The notes beneath the pieces are model-generated. The model was given only the letters and a program-made list of their open reading frames with translations. It was not told where the DNA came from and made no database searches. DNA of 64,000 nt, from assembly GCA_003599255.1 (NCBI GenBank), contig QZJF01000017.1, positions 35,940 through 99,939 on the forward strand, in the 5' to 3' direction. Shown here piece by piece: positions 1 to 9,395 of this stretch (position 1 is its first letter; every line of letters begins with the position of its first letter). This DNA is from a candidate division WWE3 bacterium (GTDB taxonomy: Bacteria > Patescibacteriota > WWE3 > UBA101185 > UBA10185). A program made the translations under genes and the position numbers.

Positions 1-244
1 GGAGGCGGAAGCACAACTAGCTAAGGAAAGGAAAGAGAGAGAAGAAGCATTGTCACAGTTTCTTGATGGAGTAATGGACGGAAACGACACCACAACCGGG
101 CGTCGGGTACATGAAGCTGCCCTGAAGTTAGTTGAGGGCATGAAAGTTAATAAAAAAACACAGGAACATCTGGATGAGTTGGAAAAAAATGCTGATGTGG
201 CAGGAGATAAAGCTTATTGGACAGAATTCTTAACGCGGATATAA
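1..244 (+). CDS. hypothetical protein, 3' end (open from window edge in same frame; charged coiled-coil-like sequence)
   Basis: Frame 2 is open from nt 2 through the stop at 244. The listed ORF starts at a TTG at 50, so the gene probably begins upstream of the window. Confidence 0.3.
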   Translation, partial: EAEAQLAKERKEREEALSQFLDGVMDGNDTTTGRRVHEAALKLVEGMKVNKKTQEHLDELEKNADVAGDKAYWTEFLTRI

Positions 245-266
245 TATGACGGCTACCCTTTAATGT

Positions 267-1211
267 ATGAAACAAAAAATCCTTATTTTCGGGAACGGTC
301 AAATAGGCGCATTCTACAAAAGTCATTTCGACAAGATTGGGGTAAAGGCGGAAATCGCAAATGCCGATATCACTGATCTGGAATCAGTAGAAAGAGAAAT
401 ATCATCAATAAACCCGGACGTAGTAATAAATACAGCCGCTAAAACCAATTTGGAGTGGTGCGCTAACAACAAGCTTGAGACTTTCAACACAAATGTCTTG
501 GGAGCGGATAATATTGCGCAGACCTGCGATAAACACGGAGTCTATTTTATTCATTTCTCCAGCGGGTGTATTTTTGAAAGCAAGGATTTCAACGATGCTA
601 AGAAGGAAACTAGTATCCCCGCCCCTGCCGCATATTATTCCTGGACTAAGGTATGGTCCGAACAACTTGTGCAATTCAACAAGTCGAGAGATTTCAAGTA
701 TATTATCCTTCGGCCCAGACAACCGATATCTTCTCAATTCAATTACAAAAACACACTGGTTAAACTTCTTACATTTACAAAGTTTATTGACACTCCAAAT
801 ACGGTTACTGTCCTGGAAGACCTGATGGAATGGACAACAAAGATAATTGAGACAAAACCCGTGGGTGTTCTGAACGTGGCAAACGAAGGATGGACTACAC
901 CCTATAAAGAGGCGTTGCTACTAAAAAAATATATTTTGCCCGGGTTACCTATAGAAAAAATCACAAAATCCGAATTAAACAAACTTACCCCGAATAAACG
1001 TGTTGACACTATTCTCGATGTCACTAAATTGAAGAGACTTGTAGGAAAAGTTGATTCAATTGACCAAAAACTTGAAAAAATAATCATAGAGCTTGGAAAT
1101 AACCTTAAAGCAATGTCAAAGGAAGATATCAGTCTTCAGCTCGAAAAAACTATCCAACAGTCAAAAACCAGAACCGTAGTAAACGATCAGTGGCCTTCTC
1201 TGTATAATTAA
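267..1211 (+). CDS. RmlD-like sugar-nucleotide reductase (dTDP-4-dehydrorhamnose reductase family, NAD(P)-binding Rossmann)
   Basis: N-terminal KILIFGNGQIG Rossmann motif, followed by substrate-binding-domain-like sequence typical of RmlD/NAD-dependent epimerase family. It lies immediately upstream of a manC-like gene. Confidence 0.55.
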   Translation: MKQKILIFGNGQIGAFYKSHFDKIGVKAEIANADITDLESVEREISSINPDVVINTAAKTNLEWCANNKLETFNTNVLGADNIAQTCDKHGVYFIHFSSGCIFESKDFNDAKKETSIPAPAAYYSWTKVWSEQLVQFNKSRDFKYIILRPRQPISSQFNYKNTLVKLLTFTKFIDTPNTVTVLEDLMEWTTKIIETKPVGVLNVANEGWTTPYKEALLLKKYILPGLPIEKITKSELNKLTPNKRVDTILDVTKLKRLVGKVDSIDQKLEKIIIELGNNLKAMSKEDISLQLEKTIQQSKTRTVVNDQWPSLYN

Positions 1212-1214
1212 CAT

Positions 1215-2300
1215 ATGAAATTTGTAATCATGTGCGGCGGCCAAGGCACCAAATTGTGGCCGGTTAGCCGTGATAATTATCCGAAACAATTTATAAACAT
1301 TAAAGGGGACAAGTCGCTGTTCCAGGAAAACGTGGAGCAGCTTCTTGAAAAATATAAACCCGAAGATATCTACGTATCAACATCTGATAAATATATTAAA
1401 TATGTAACGCGTCAGGCACCAATGATCCCAAAAGAAAATCTCCTTGTTGAGCCTCACATTAAAAAAGCAACCGGTCCTGCCGCAACTTTTTCAATGATAC
1501 ATATGATGAATAAACATCCGGACGAGGTTGTAATGTTTTATGTACAGCCGGTGATTATCAGAGAACCTACTGAAAAATATCTGGAAATGATAGAAGGCAT
1601 AGAAAAGATTGTGAAAAAACATAATAAACTCGTAACAGGTGGTAAATTCCCGAAATACCCGGAAATAGGAAGCGACTACCTGGAATTAGGAGAGAAAGTA
1701 GATACTGAAACAAACCTCGAAGTTTATCAGTCCATCAGGTTCGTCGAGAGACCGAAGACGATAAAAGAATGTGAAGAGCTTCTGAAGGAACACAAACTTT
1801 CTTTACATTGCAACCACTTAACTTGGACTCCGAAAAAATACTTTGAAGCATTAAAACTGTACCGTCCGGACTGGTACGAAGTTAGTCAGGAACTAAGTGA
1901 GGCGATAAAAACCAACGCCGATGCAAAAAAAATACTTGAGATTTATAGTAAATTCGAACCGGGAAATGTGGAGCTCTTTACAAACAATTTATACAACAAG
2001 GGGGAGGTGCAGGTTGTAATCCTCCCGTTCGAATGGACGCATATCACCACCTGGAACGATATTTACGAATATTATAATAGAGCCGGTATCGAATCTAAAC
2101 AGGGACTCGTAAGAACTCTGGGTACAAAAAACAATTTAGTATTGAACAAAACAAATTCGTTGATCGGGCTTATTGACGTTGAAGATTTGATAGTTATACA
2201 AACAGAGGAGTCGCTTCTAATATGCCCGAAAAACAGCTCCGGAAAGTTACGGGAACTGCTTAAACAAATTGAGGATGATGGGTTGATTCAGTATTTATAA
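1215..2300 (+). CDS. mannose-1-phosphate guanylyltransferase-like nucleotidyltransferase
   Basis: N-terminal MCGGQGTKLWPVSR...YPKQF matches the GDP-mannose pyrophosphorylase signature (GGxGxRLWPLSR...PKQ). It starts 4 nt after the RmlD-like gene, suggesting an operon. Confidence 0.65.
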   Translation: MKFVIMCGGQGTKLWPVSRDNYPKQFINIKGDKSLFQENVEQLLEKYKPEDIYVSTSDKYIKYVTRQAPMIPKENLLVEPHIKKATGPAATFSMIHMMNKHPDEVVMFYVQPVIIREPTEKYLEMIEGIEKIVKKHNKLVTGGKFPKYPEIGSDYLELGEKVDTETNLEVYQSIRFVERPKTIKECEELLKEHKLSLHCNHLTWTPKKYFEALKLYRPDWYEVSQELSEAIKTNADAKKILEIYSKFEPGNVELFTNNLYNKGEVQVVILPFEWTHITTWNDIYEYYNRAGIESKQGLVRTLGTKNNLVLNKTNSLIGLIDVEDLIVIQTEESLLICPKNSSGKLRELLKQIEDDGLIQYL

Positions 2301-2379
2301 ATTTCCAAAATAATAAGACTTTGCTAACAATTTAAATTGTATTATTTTTCTGCGTCCGTATGTTTTTACCATATAACTC

Positions 2380-2676
2380 ATGTGCAATAATGTAAACATG
2401 AATAATAACTTGCAAATCGGGAAATTATCGGACAAGTTACACGAGATGATACTACAGGACATGGATTTCGAAGATTCCGAGGTAAATAGATATTTGGATA
2501 ACCAGGCCCTAAACTTAATACTAACCACGCTCTCTCTACAACGCCGACTAGAGTTTTACCAACTGTTGGGAAACAACGATTTTAATTCTGCTAAAGTTCT
2601 TGTTTTGAACGATATTCCGGATTTTCATAAGAAATTACTGGTAAAAGTAGAAGACAAGTTTCAAAAAATCCTATGA
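2380..2676 (+). CDS. hypothetical small protein
   Basis: 98-aa ORF whose stop overlaps the start of the downstream 518-aa gene (ATGA overlap), suggesting translational coupling. Confidence 0.35.
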   Translation: MCNNVNMNNNLQIGKLSDKLHEMILQDMDFEDSEVNRYLDNQALNLILTTLSLQRRLEFYQLLGNNDFNSAKVLVLNDIPDFHKKLLVKVEDKFQKIL

Positions 2677-4229
2677 TAGAAGGTAATCCTATAGAAGAAA
2701 TGGCAGACCCCCAAGCAACATTAATGTTGGAACATATCAATGCAAAGCTTCCTGACGAAGAAGATGAGAAAGGCATTATTAGCGAAAGAGGAAGATTAAA
2801 CAAGGAAGGACGTACATTAGTAGATGACGTTTATAGCGAATTCTTTAAACGCACAAACGGAAATTATCGGGAGGTATTAAACATATGTAAAGAGGCGGAA
2901 TCTTTGCTTCATGTAGAGGACACAGACTCCAGGGATACTGAAATGCTAAAGGTCTTGCGAAGTGTAAGAGGAAAAATTGTTTACCACGCCCATAAAACGT
3001 GGGCTGAAAAAGAAATGTTTCTTGATAAGTTTGGGGATGAATCGGCGTCTAATATTATGAGTTACGCAAAGATACTCAAAAAAGATAAAAGTATTGATAT
3101 AGATATATACGAAGAAGCAACAAGAATTGAAAAAGAAAAACATCAGTTAGACGAGGCACTCAGTATAGAAAATCTAGGGCTAGAACAGCAAAACTTGAAG
3201 TTGATTGAAGAGGATATAAAAACAATTGCAACCGAAACTCCCGAAAACGAAAGGCAATCAATTCTGGAAGGGTTAAAGAGTAAATTAAAGGCATTTTCTG
3301 AAAGAATCATGGAACCGCACACAAGGAGAAAAATTGTGGCTGGAGCACTAGCAGCGGCTTCAATAACAAGTTTTGTCTTGGGATACATCTCTCACAACAA
3401 GAATGACATCAAGACAGGTACACAAACTCTTGCTAAAGCAGAAAATCAACCAAAGAACACACACGTTTATTATGACTCTTCTGAGCTACCGGATGATTTA
3501 TATGCAGAAGAATATTTGACAGGACCTGAAGAGATCCCCGAAGTAGATTTAAATTTTCAAGTCATCGAACAACAGACAAAATCCCCTCCTTTGGAGATTT
3601 ACCAAGAGAAAAATGAAAGTATCCAAATAAACGAAGTATCACAAGAGAACTATCCTCCCGTTTACGTAGCACAAACTTTCGATGGTCAGTGCGGACCCGC
3701 ATCTATTGCAATGTTATACAGTACTTTCGGACGAGAAAAATTTAATGTAAAAACAAAAATGCAGGACATTACAAGTGAATTTATTGAGAAAAAATATATT
3801 AATCCCGATAAAGCGGATATTATATCAACCGATAGTCAGATAATTGAATTTTTATCCAACGAAGGATTTCAGGCCACGACTTCCTACGAATTTTTATCCT
3901 TTGAAAATATCAGTAAATATTTTGAAGATCCCAAAAACAAGCCGGTAATAATAAACGTTAATTCTAATTATTTAAATGAAAATACTGACCATTGGGCATT
4001 ACTTATGGGTGTGACTGAAATAGACGGAAGAAAATATATCCGACTAATGGACCCGCTAAGATCCGAAAAAGGATTGGGGGCAGAAGAAGACATAGATGTT
4101 AGGATGATTGGGATGCCTGATGGGTCGTTTCTTTTTGACGCACGGGGATGGCCTGGTGTTACAAACGGTTTGGGAATATTTATCGAAAATCAAAGCGTTG
4201 CTTCAAAAGATTCCAAACTTATGCATTAA
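2673..4229 (+). CDS. membrane-anchored protein with C-terminal C39-like (papain-like) peptidase domain
   Basis: N-terminal coiled-coil/charged region and one TM helix (IVAGALAAASITSFVLGYI). C-terminal QTFDGQCGPASIAMLYS (Q..CG.A..AM motif of peptidase C39/C39_2) with a downstream DHWALLMGV His motif. Confidence 0.5.
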   Translation: MIEGNPIEEMADPQATLMLEHINAKLPDEEDEKGIISERGRLNKEGRTLVDDVYSEFFKRTNGNYREVLNICKEAESLLHVEDTDSRDTEMLKVLRSVRGKIVYHAHKTWAEKEMFLDKFGDESASNIMSYAKILKKDKSIDIDIYEEATRIEKEKHQLDEALSIENLGLEQQNLKLIEEDIKTIATETPENERQSILEGLKSKLKAFSERIMEPHTRRKIVAGALAAASITSFVLGYISHNKNDIKTGTQTLAKAENQPKNTHVYYDSSELPDDLYAEEYLTGPEEIPEVDLNFQVIEQQTKSPPLEIYQEKNESIQINEVSQENYPPVYVAQTFDGQCGPASIAMLYSTFGREKFNVKTKMQDITSEFIEKKYINPDKADIISTDSQIIEFLSNEGFQATTSYEFLSFENISKYFEDPKNKPVIINVNSNYLNENTDHWALLMGVTEIDGRKYIRLMDPLRSEKGLGAEEDIDVRMIGMPDGSFLFDARGWPGVTNGLGIFIENQSVASKDSKLMH

Positions 4230-4241
4230 CACTTTTATACA

Positions 4242-4332
4242 TGGCGGAGGGAGGGGGATTCGAACCCCCGGGTGAGTTGCCCCACGCTTGGTTTTCGAGA
4301 CCAGCCCGTTATGACCGCTTCGGTATCCCTCC
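4242..4332 (-). tRNA. tRNA-Ser (anticodon CGA)
   Basis: Reverse complement folds as a tRNA: acceptor GGAGGGA/TCCCTCC, anticodon loop CTCGAAA, long variable arm, GGTTCGAATCC T-loop and an encoded CCA. Confidence 0.8.
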
Positions 4333-4370
4333 AGGCAACGCTTATTTATTATACAAAGTAAAGGAAACAA

Positions 4371-5033
4371 TTACTTCTGCGATAAATCGAGAGGAGCATT
4401 ATTTAAAAATATCTCAGCCTTTCTGACTGCATTGAACTGTTTTACGGTGTACTGAATTTGCTGTTCAAACCGGGGTGAGTCGCAGGTACCTCCCAGCTTT
4501 AACTCTCCAACGAGGTGGAGTTTCGCTATTCCTTGCACTATTTCAACTTTCTCCAATTTCAAATCCGACTGGTACAGAGAATTGTATAGCCCGGACTTCC
4601 CTATAAATTGGTCCTTTTGGTTGAACAAAATTTCGAGTGCAGTTTTAATCTTTTCCGAATCTTCTTTGTTTTGTACGTAAGCAGATACAGTAATCGGCAC
4701 GACGCTATCCCCACAACCGATAACTTCTTTGGATTTTCTCTTATTTCCCGTATCTACGTAATAAATCAGAATATCGTTTCCGTCGGGCTGCGGGTTTTCC
4801 GGATCCGTAAAAGCATCATTAACGGGACCGCGTTCATTTTCTCCAAGAGTTACTTCCAGCTTTGGTTCCGTTAACGGAGCATATTCCTTGTTGTACCAAT
4901 AATAAAAAGCGGCTGTTATTAACGCCACAAGCATCAAAACAATAAAAAATGTCACTTTTGCCCTTTTTGTCCCGTTTTCCTGTGTGGCCATAACTGCTTG
5001 ATTATACACCTTTGAACTTATAGTATAAAGCAT
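4371..5033 (-). CDS. GerMN-domain (sporulation/germination-like) membrane-anchored protein
   Basis: N-terminal TM helix followed by a domain with GCGDSVVPI...LYNSLYQ motifs reminiscent of GerMN/LpqB-like domains. Confidence 0.45.
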   Translation of the reverse strand: MLYTISSKVYNQAVMATQENGTKRAKVTFFIVLMLVALITAAFYYWYNKEYAPLTEPKLEVTLGENERGPVNDAFTDPENPQPDGNDILIYYVDTGNKRKSKEVIGCGDSVVPITVSAYVQNKEDSEKIKTALEILFNQKDQFIGKSGLYNSLYQSDLKLEKVEIVQGIAKLHLVGELKLGGTCDSPRFEQQIQYTVKQFNAVRKAEIFLNNAPLDLSQK

Positions 5034-5412
5034 GTCTAAATTTAGAGAAAAAGTAATAGCTGCCGTAAGAGCAGTTCCGAGGGGACAGGTTGTTAGTTAC
5101 GGACAAGTCGCATTGATGATTGGCTCCCCGCGCGCCGCGCTGCAAGTGGGATATATCCTGCACGATTATGGCGACGACGGTGTTACACCGTGGTGGAGGG
5201 TAATAAACAGGGACGGGTACATAAGTACAAATTGTGAAGAACATACTGCTCTGATGCAAAAAGAGCTACTTGAAACTGAAGACATTGCTGTTTCAGACAA
5301 AATGCAGGTGGATATGAGTAAATTCAGGTACTTGCCTGGACCGGACGTACTAAAAAAACTGGAACTGGAGGATAAATATATTGAACTTCTATATAATAAG
5401 TTTTTGAAGTGA
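5032..5412 (+). CDS. alkyltransferase-like protein (MGMT DNA-binding domain lacking active-site Cys)
   Basis: VPRGQVVSYGQVA...GSPRAA helix-turn-helix of the O6-alkylguanine-DNA alkyltransferase family. PWWRVIN replaces the PCHRV motif, as in the ATL/YbaZ-type proteins. Confidence 0.6.
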   Translation: MSKFREKVIAAVRAVPRGQVVSYGQVALMIGSPRAALQVGYILHDYGDDGVTPWWRVINRDGYISTNCEEHTALMQKELLETEDIAVSDKMQVDMSKFRYLPGPDVLKKLELEDKYIELLYNKFLK

Positions 5413-5418
5413 CACCGC

Positions 5419-6083
5419 CTAATCCTTGGTGTTTTCTCCGGAGCGAACTTCTTTAATGAAATAACTGAAAACCGTAAACGCAAAAAACAGAACTGTAAGG
5501 ATTTTTGCGACAAAGTTCACGGATAAATTTCCTCTGATTAGCGAATTTACGATACTAATACCGCTGATCACAAAAGTTACAAAGGCAACTGTCAGGGTTG
5601 CGTAAACAAGAGTAGCCCGCGTTTTTACTGTTTTTATCCAGGTGTTTTCCTTGGCCAGTTTTTCAACCTTGTTGAACAAGAACAGAAAAAGAGGCATGGT
5701 AACAATTAGAGCAGAGAGTGGCCCTTCTATTCCATAGATGCCGCCGGTCGAATTAAAAGATCCAGAATATCGACTTCTAATAGGCAGATAATAGTTGATC
5801 ACTTTAAAGATTATGTCCACCATAGAGTAAATGGAAATGTACATAGAAATAAACATTAGTACATTTAGAAACATGTCCCATTTGCTTTCGTGTGTTTCTT
5901 TATCAAAGATATTTATGTTGTCGTATGGAGGTAATGGCGTATCCTGCGCTAAATCCGATTTGAGAGCAAATTCAATGTCCTGCGATTTCCATCCGGCTTT
6001 TTGAAGCTCTTGTCTGATTTCATCATCTGAAATCTTCTTTACTCTGCGCGTACTAATAAAACTTAAGAGCTCGCGTGTGATCA
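5419..6083 (-). CDS. hypothetical membrane protein (N-terminal soluble region, ~4 TM helices)
   Basis: The long ORF 5419..6261 runs 5' into the tRNA-Ala and its repeats, so the true start must be downstream. A GTG at 6083 (VITRELL...) or a later Met is plausible. The C-terminal half is strongly hydrophobic. Confidence 0.4.
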
Positions 6084-6120
6084 CGTTTAAATTATATACC
6101 ACAAACGTCTGGTTTGTCGC

Positions 6121-6212
6121 TTGGTCCGGTCCTGGTGGACCGTAGACGTGCTGCTTGGTCCGGTCCTGGTGGACCGTAGACGTGCTGCTTGGTCCGGTCC
6201 TGGTGGACCGTA
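6121..6212. repeat. tandem 34-bp direct repeat (2 full copies plus the native copy) duplicating the 3' end and trailer of tRNA-Ala
   Basis: Unit ttggtccggtcctggtggaccgtagacgtgctgc occurs at 6121-6154 and 6155-6188, and 24 nt of it again at 6189-6212. Each copy contains the rc of the tRNA 3' end TACGGTCCACCA and a GGTCC/GGACC palindrome. Confidence 0.85.
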
Positions 6213-6276
6213 CCGGAGTCGAACCGGTGACCTCTGCAATGCGAATGCAGCGCTCTACCAACTGAGCTAACGGCCC
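6201..6276 (-). tRNA. tRNA-Ala (anticodon CGC)
   Basis: rc GGGCCGTTAGCTCAGTTGGTAGAGCGCTGCATTCGCATTGCAGAGGTCACCGGTTCGACTCCGGTACGGTCCACCA. It has the G3:U70 pair, anticodon loop TTCGCAT and an encoded CCA. Confidence 0.8.
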
Positions 6277-6381
6277 ATAACGTATTTAATTCTATCAACT
6301 ATCCCCGGCAATACAATTAAACAAAATGGCTTGTAAGGCGAATAAAACCTGTACAAGCCATCTTTTTGATACCAGACGGTT

Positions 6382-6786
6382 CTAACCACTTAAAGCGGCC
6401 ATGGCGGCATCAATTTGCCTCTGCCTATCAGCTGCTTTTGTGTAGTCTGCTTCAGAAACCAACTCGAGAGCTGCTTTCAACTCCTCCGGTGTGAATTGCC
6501 CTTTGAAGGAAATGGCTGCGCGGGTTTCGTCAATTTTCTGAAAATCAACCTCCATGACGTGATTGCCATTCCCGGTGTCAATCATTATGGTCACTTTCTC
6601 ATAAGTCGCCTCTACCGCCGGAGACACTATAAACCTCAAATAGTACCTACATGTGTTGGAGTCCCCGACAAGATCGGTAAGCAGCGCACTGGTGTGTCCG
6701 GCATCTGCCAATAAAGTCGGTATTCTTTCCTCCAACAGAGAAAGGGCCTTGTCAAACCCAATCTTATGATCGAGTGGAATACTCAT
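6382..6786 (-). CDS. hypothetical protein (higher-GC islet between two tRNA genes)
   Basis: 134-aa ORF with a protein-like composition and no recognisable motif. It lies between tRNA-Ala and tRNA-Arg. Confidence 0.4.
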   Translation of the reverse strand: MSIPLDHKIGFDKALSLLEERIPTLLADAGHTSALLTDLVGDSNTCRYYLRFIVSPAVEATYEKVTIMIDTGNGNHVMEVDFQKIDETRAAISFKGQFTPEELKAALELVSEADYTKAADRQRQIDAAMAALSG

Positions 6787-6875
6787 GATCTCTATCCTTT
6801 CGTATTTAGGGATTTGATTGTCTCAATATGGGAATTTTATAGGAACGCTAGCTTTATTGCAAGCTATAGGTCCTA

Positions 6876-6951
6876 TGGTGCACCCGGAGGGACTCGAACC
6901 CCCGACTTCAGCGTCCGCAACGCTGCGTTCTATCCTCTGAACTACGGGTGC
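6876..6951 (-). tRNA. tRNA-Arg (anticodon GCG as read from sequence)
   Basis: rc GCACCCGTAGTTCAGAGGATAGAACGCAGCGTTGCGGACGCTGAAGTCGGGGGTTCGAGTCCCTCCGGGTGCACCA. It forms a canonical cloverleaf with anticodon loop TTGCGGA. Confidence 0.7.
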
Positions 6952-6998
6952 ATAAACAAAGAGTATGTCGTCATCAGCAAAAAAGCAAATACTACCTT

Positions 6999-8618
6999 CT
7001 ACAGCTTTCGGACTTCATATTCTACTACTACTTCGTCGCTGGTATATTTTATGTAGGGTTCATTAAGTCTTTTTAATTCGTATCCGTTCTCATTTACATA
7101 TTCTTCAAACAGTGCAAAAGACCAACCCAACCCGCAAAAAACAAGTTTTCCGGATTCACCGATAATATCAGATAGCATTGAAAGCTGCCCTAGATACTCA
7201 ATCTTATAAGGTTTTTTCCATGCATTAAATGTGTATGCATCTCCATAAACGCTTGTGTAATGATCCGAATAATAATAATTTGAGTAACTGTTACCCAAGT
7301 ATAGACCGGCATCAGGGACGCTGCACATATATCCAAACAGTTTGAGACCTTGTGAAGAACTTAAAATTTTGTGTTGCTCTCTACGATTGACTGAGTATTT
7401 CTTAAAGACATCAAAATAGTTATACAGATTTAGAGAAATATAAAAAATCAGAAACACACCCAAGACTAATTTTACCCTGGCTGATGCTAATATAGCCCTG
7501 CTCAACTTACCGTTAAACATATAACTACTTATCAAACTAAAAAAGGCTAGTCCAAACGGTATAGTCAAAAAAACTGTGGGCAAAAAATACCGCAGTGTGT
7601 GGTTTTTAAAAAAAATAATTAACTGCAACGAAATTATCACTAAGCAGATGAGAATTAATCTATAACGAGAGTTTCTTGAAAAATTCTTTGGAACTCTCCC
7701 CGACAGTCTAAAATAAATTAGGAATATTGGAAACATTAAAACAAGGAAAAACATTACCGGTTCCGCGATCAAAAGTGTCGTGACCCCATTCAAAGCGATA
7801 TGGGGTTCCCATAAACCAAAACTGCCACTTCCGTAAGCTTGGGTACTTAAAATATTAACTGCGACAAATTCCAGGCTTCTATGAAATTGGGGCAGGATCG
7901 GAACAATAAAAATTGTAAAAACCAGGAAAGTTACAATTAAATACTTAATCTTTTCTTTCCTGCCATTTAGTACAACAAGAGGCAGTAGTATCAATGGAAG
8001 AAATGTGTATTTTAGCGCTAGACCCAAACCCGACAGTATCGAGAATTTTAAATAAAGCATAGGATCTTTCTTGTCGTGAGATCCTCCGAAAATGCTGATG
8101 ACTACAAACGTTATCAACAGCTGAGTTACAAACACTAGTGGGGTTTCCGGACGAAACCTCGCCAGGCTTTCGTATACAGTCAAACTTGAAAAGAACGGGC
8201 CGGCCTGGACCAAAAGTGCCAACCAAAGTGATTCGGTACTTCTATAGACCATTAATCCCGAGACAAAAAACACCAAAAACGTCAACGCTATGAGCGCCCA
8301 CACTATAGCGGTAATGTAAAATTCCGGGTTTTCAAATATCTTGTTTATAAGAACTGAATCTGAATCAAATGGGTGCAAGAACCTGATAACAATTCCTCCA
8401 AACAACTGGAGAGGCGTTCCGGGGTGGTCGGTATGACCGATAAGGTCAAATCTCAAAATCGCCACGTTTAAACTGCTGACCAAATATACATAGGCGGGAT
8501 CCGCACTAAAAGAATAGAAAAACGGACCCCGTTCCCTTACAAGGAGCAAGGAAACCACGACCAGCAAACAAGGAACAATTGCTAATATTAGTAAATTTCG
8601 TTTGATCGGGAATCTCAC
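6999..8618 (-). CDS. polytopic membrane protein, GT-C-type glycosyltransferase-like
   Basis: 539 aa with more than 10 predicted TM helices and a C-terminal soluble domain. The architecture resembles ArnT/PMT-like GT-C enzymes, but no specific motif was verified. Confidence 0.4.
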   Translation of the reverse strand: MRFPIKRNLLILAIVPCLLVVVSLLLVRERGPFFYSFSADPAYVYLVSSLNVAILRFDLIGHTDHPGTPLQLFGGIVIRFLHPFDSDSVLINKIFENPEFYITAIVWALIALTFLVFFVSGLMVYRSTESLWLALLVQAGPFFSSLTVYESLARFRPETPLVFVTQLLITFVVISIFGGSHDKKDPMLYLKFSILSGLGLALKYTFLPLILLPLVVLNGRKEKIKYLIVTFLVFTIFIVPILPQFHRSLEFVAVNILSTQAYGSGSFGLWEPHIALNGVTTLLIAEPVMFFLVLMFPIFLIYFRLSGRVPKNFSRNSRYRLILICLVIISLQLIIFFKNHTLRYFLPTVFLTIPFGLAFFSLISSYMFNGKLSRAILASARVKLVLGVFLIFYISLNLYNYFDVFKKYSVNRREQHKILSSSQGLKLFGYMCSVPDAGLYLGNSYSNYYYSDHYTSVYGDAYTFNAWKKPYKIEYLGQLSMLSDIIGESGKLVFCGLGWSFALFEEYVNENGYELKRLNEPYIKYTSDEVVVEYEVRKL

Positions 8619-8619
8619 A

Positions 8620-9213
8620 CTAAATGTTGAATTTGTCTAAGACGGACTTATAAGTCTTATCCAGAAACGATTCCGGAGGGACCTGCAGGAAATGGATCTT
8701 ACTGAGGAGAATGCTCTTTAACTTTTCAACATCGACCCCCGAAGTAGTGATATATAATCTGGACGTCACTGCAGAGGCCATTTCAATTACAAAAGCATCG
8801 TGACCTTCTTCCTGTGAAAAGAAAAACCTGCGCATTTCCTGCCAATAAAACTGTTGATTATCAATCATCAGTCCATGAGAACTTACTTCGTAAGACACGT
8901 TATCCGGAGGTGTCTCGGACAAAACATGTGTTACGAAGATCAAACTGGCGATCACGAGAATCAGGAAAAATTCCTGCAGTATTACAAGTATAAGAGCGAT
9001 AACAATTCCGATAATCATAAACGTACGGTTCAGACTGCTATTGAAACCGGTTTTTACGGGTCTTGAAGGGGCACTCCATGTCAAGAAAACTTCTTTGGGG
9101 GCAAGCTCCTCGACCTTGACCACATCCGGGAGATTTCTTTCCGCTTCGTCTGTCCCGGGCTCCCTTGTTTTCGTAATACCCAGCAAATCGGTAACTTGAT
9201 TGAGTTTTAACAT
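8620..9213 (-). CDS. hypothetical membrane protein
   Basis: The ORF 8620..9318 extends into tRNA-Ser, so it is trimmed to the ATG at 9213 (MLKLNQV...). It has one strongly hydrophobic segment. Confidence 0.4.
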   Translation of the reverse strand: MLKLNQVTDLLGITKTREPGTDEAERNLPDVVKVEELAPKEVFLTWSAPSRPVKTGFNSSLNRTFMIIGIVIALILVILQEFFLILVIASLIFVTHVLSETPPDNVSYEVSSHGLMIDNQQFYWQEMRRFFFSQEEGHDAFVIEMASAVTSRLYITTSGVDVEKLKSILLSKIHFLQVPPESFLDKTYKSVLDKFNI

Positions 9214-9270
9214 ACTGTAATTATTATCAATTATATTTGTGAAAATGGCAATCGGAGATGCCCTGAATCC

Positions 9271-9358
9271 TGGCGGAGGGTACAGGATTCGAACCTGTGG
9301 ACGGCAATTAACCGTCACGGCTTAGCAAGCCGCTGCATTACCGCTCTGCCAACCCTCC
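9271..9358 (-). tRNA. tRNA-Ser (anticodon GCT)
   Basis: rc GGAGGGTTGGCAGAGCGGTAATGCAGCGGCTTGCTAAGCCG...GGTTCGAATCC...ACCCTCCGCCA with a long variable arm. Confidence 0.8.
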
Positions 9359-9395
9359 GTACAGTTTTACATTATAGAACAAATAATATACTAGT

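Noticed and set aside
405-1087. ORFs 405..737(-), 475..825(+), 902..1087(-) inside the RmlD-like gene
   Set aside because: They are fully nested in or antisense to a motif-supported CDS, and the peptides are not protein-like.
4148-4426. 92-aa + strand ORF
   Set aside because: It overlaps the minus-strand tRNA-Ser(CGA), and its peptide is the translation of tRNA sequence.
6092-6298. 68-aa minus-strand ORF and the N-terminal 60 aa of ORF 5419..6261 (repeated VHQDRTKQHVYGPPGPDQA peptides)
   Set aside because: These are translations of tRNA-Ala and its 34-bp tandem repeats, not coding sequence. The real gene start was moved downstream.
8620-9318. N-terminal 35 aa of the 232-aa ORF
   Set aside because: This part overlaps tRNA-Ser(GCT). 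The start was reassigned to the ATG at 9213.
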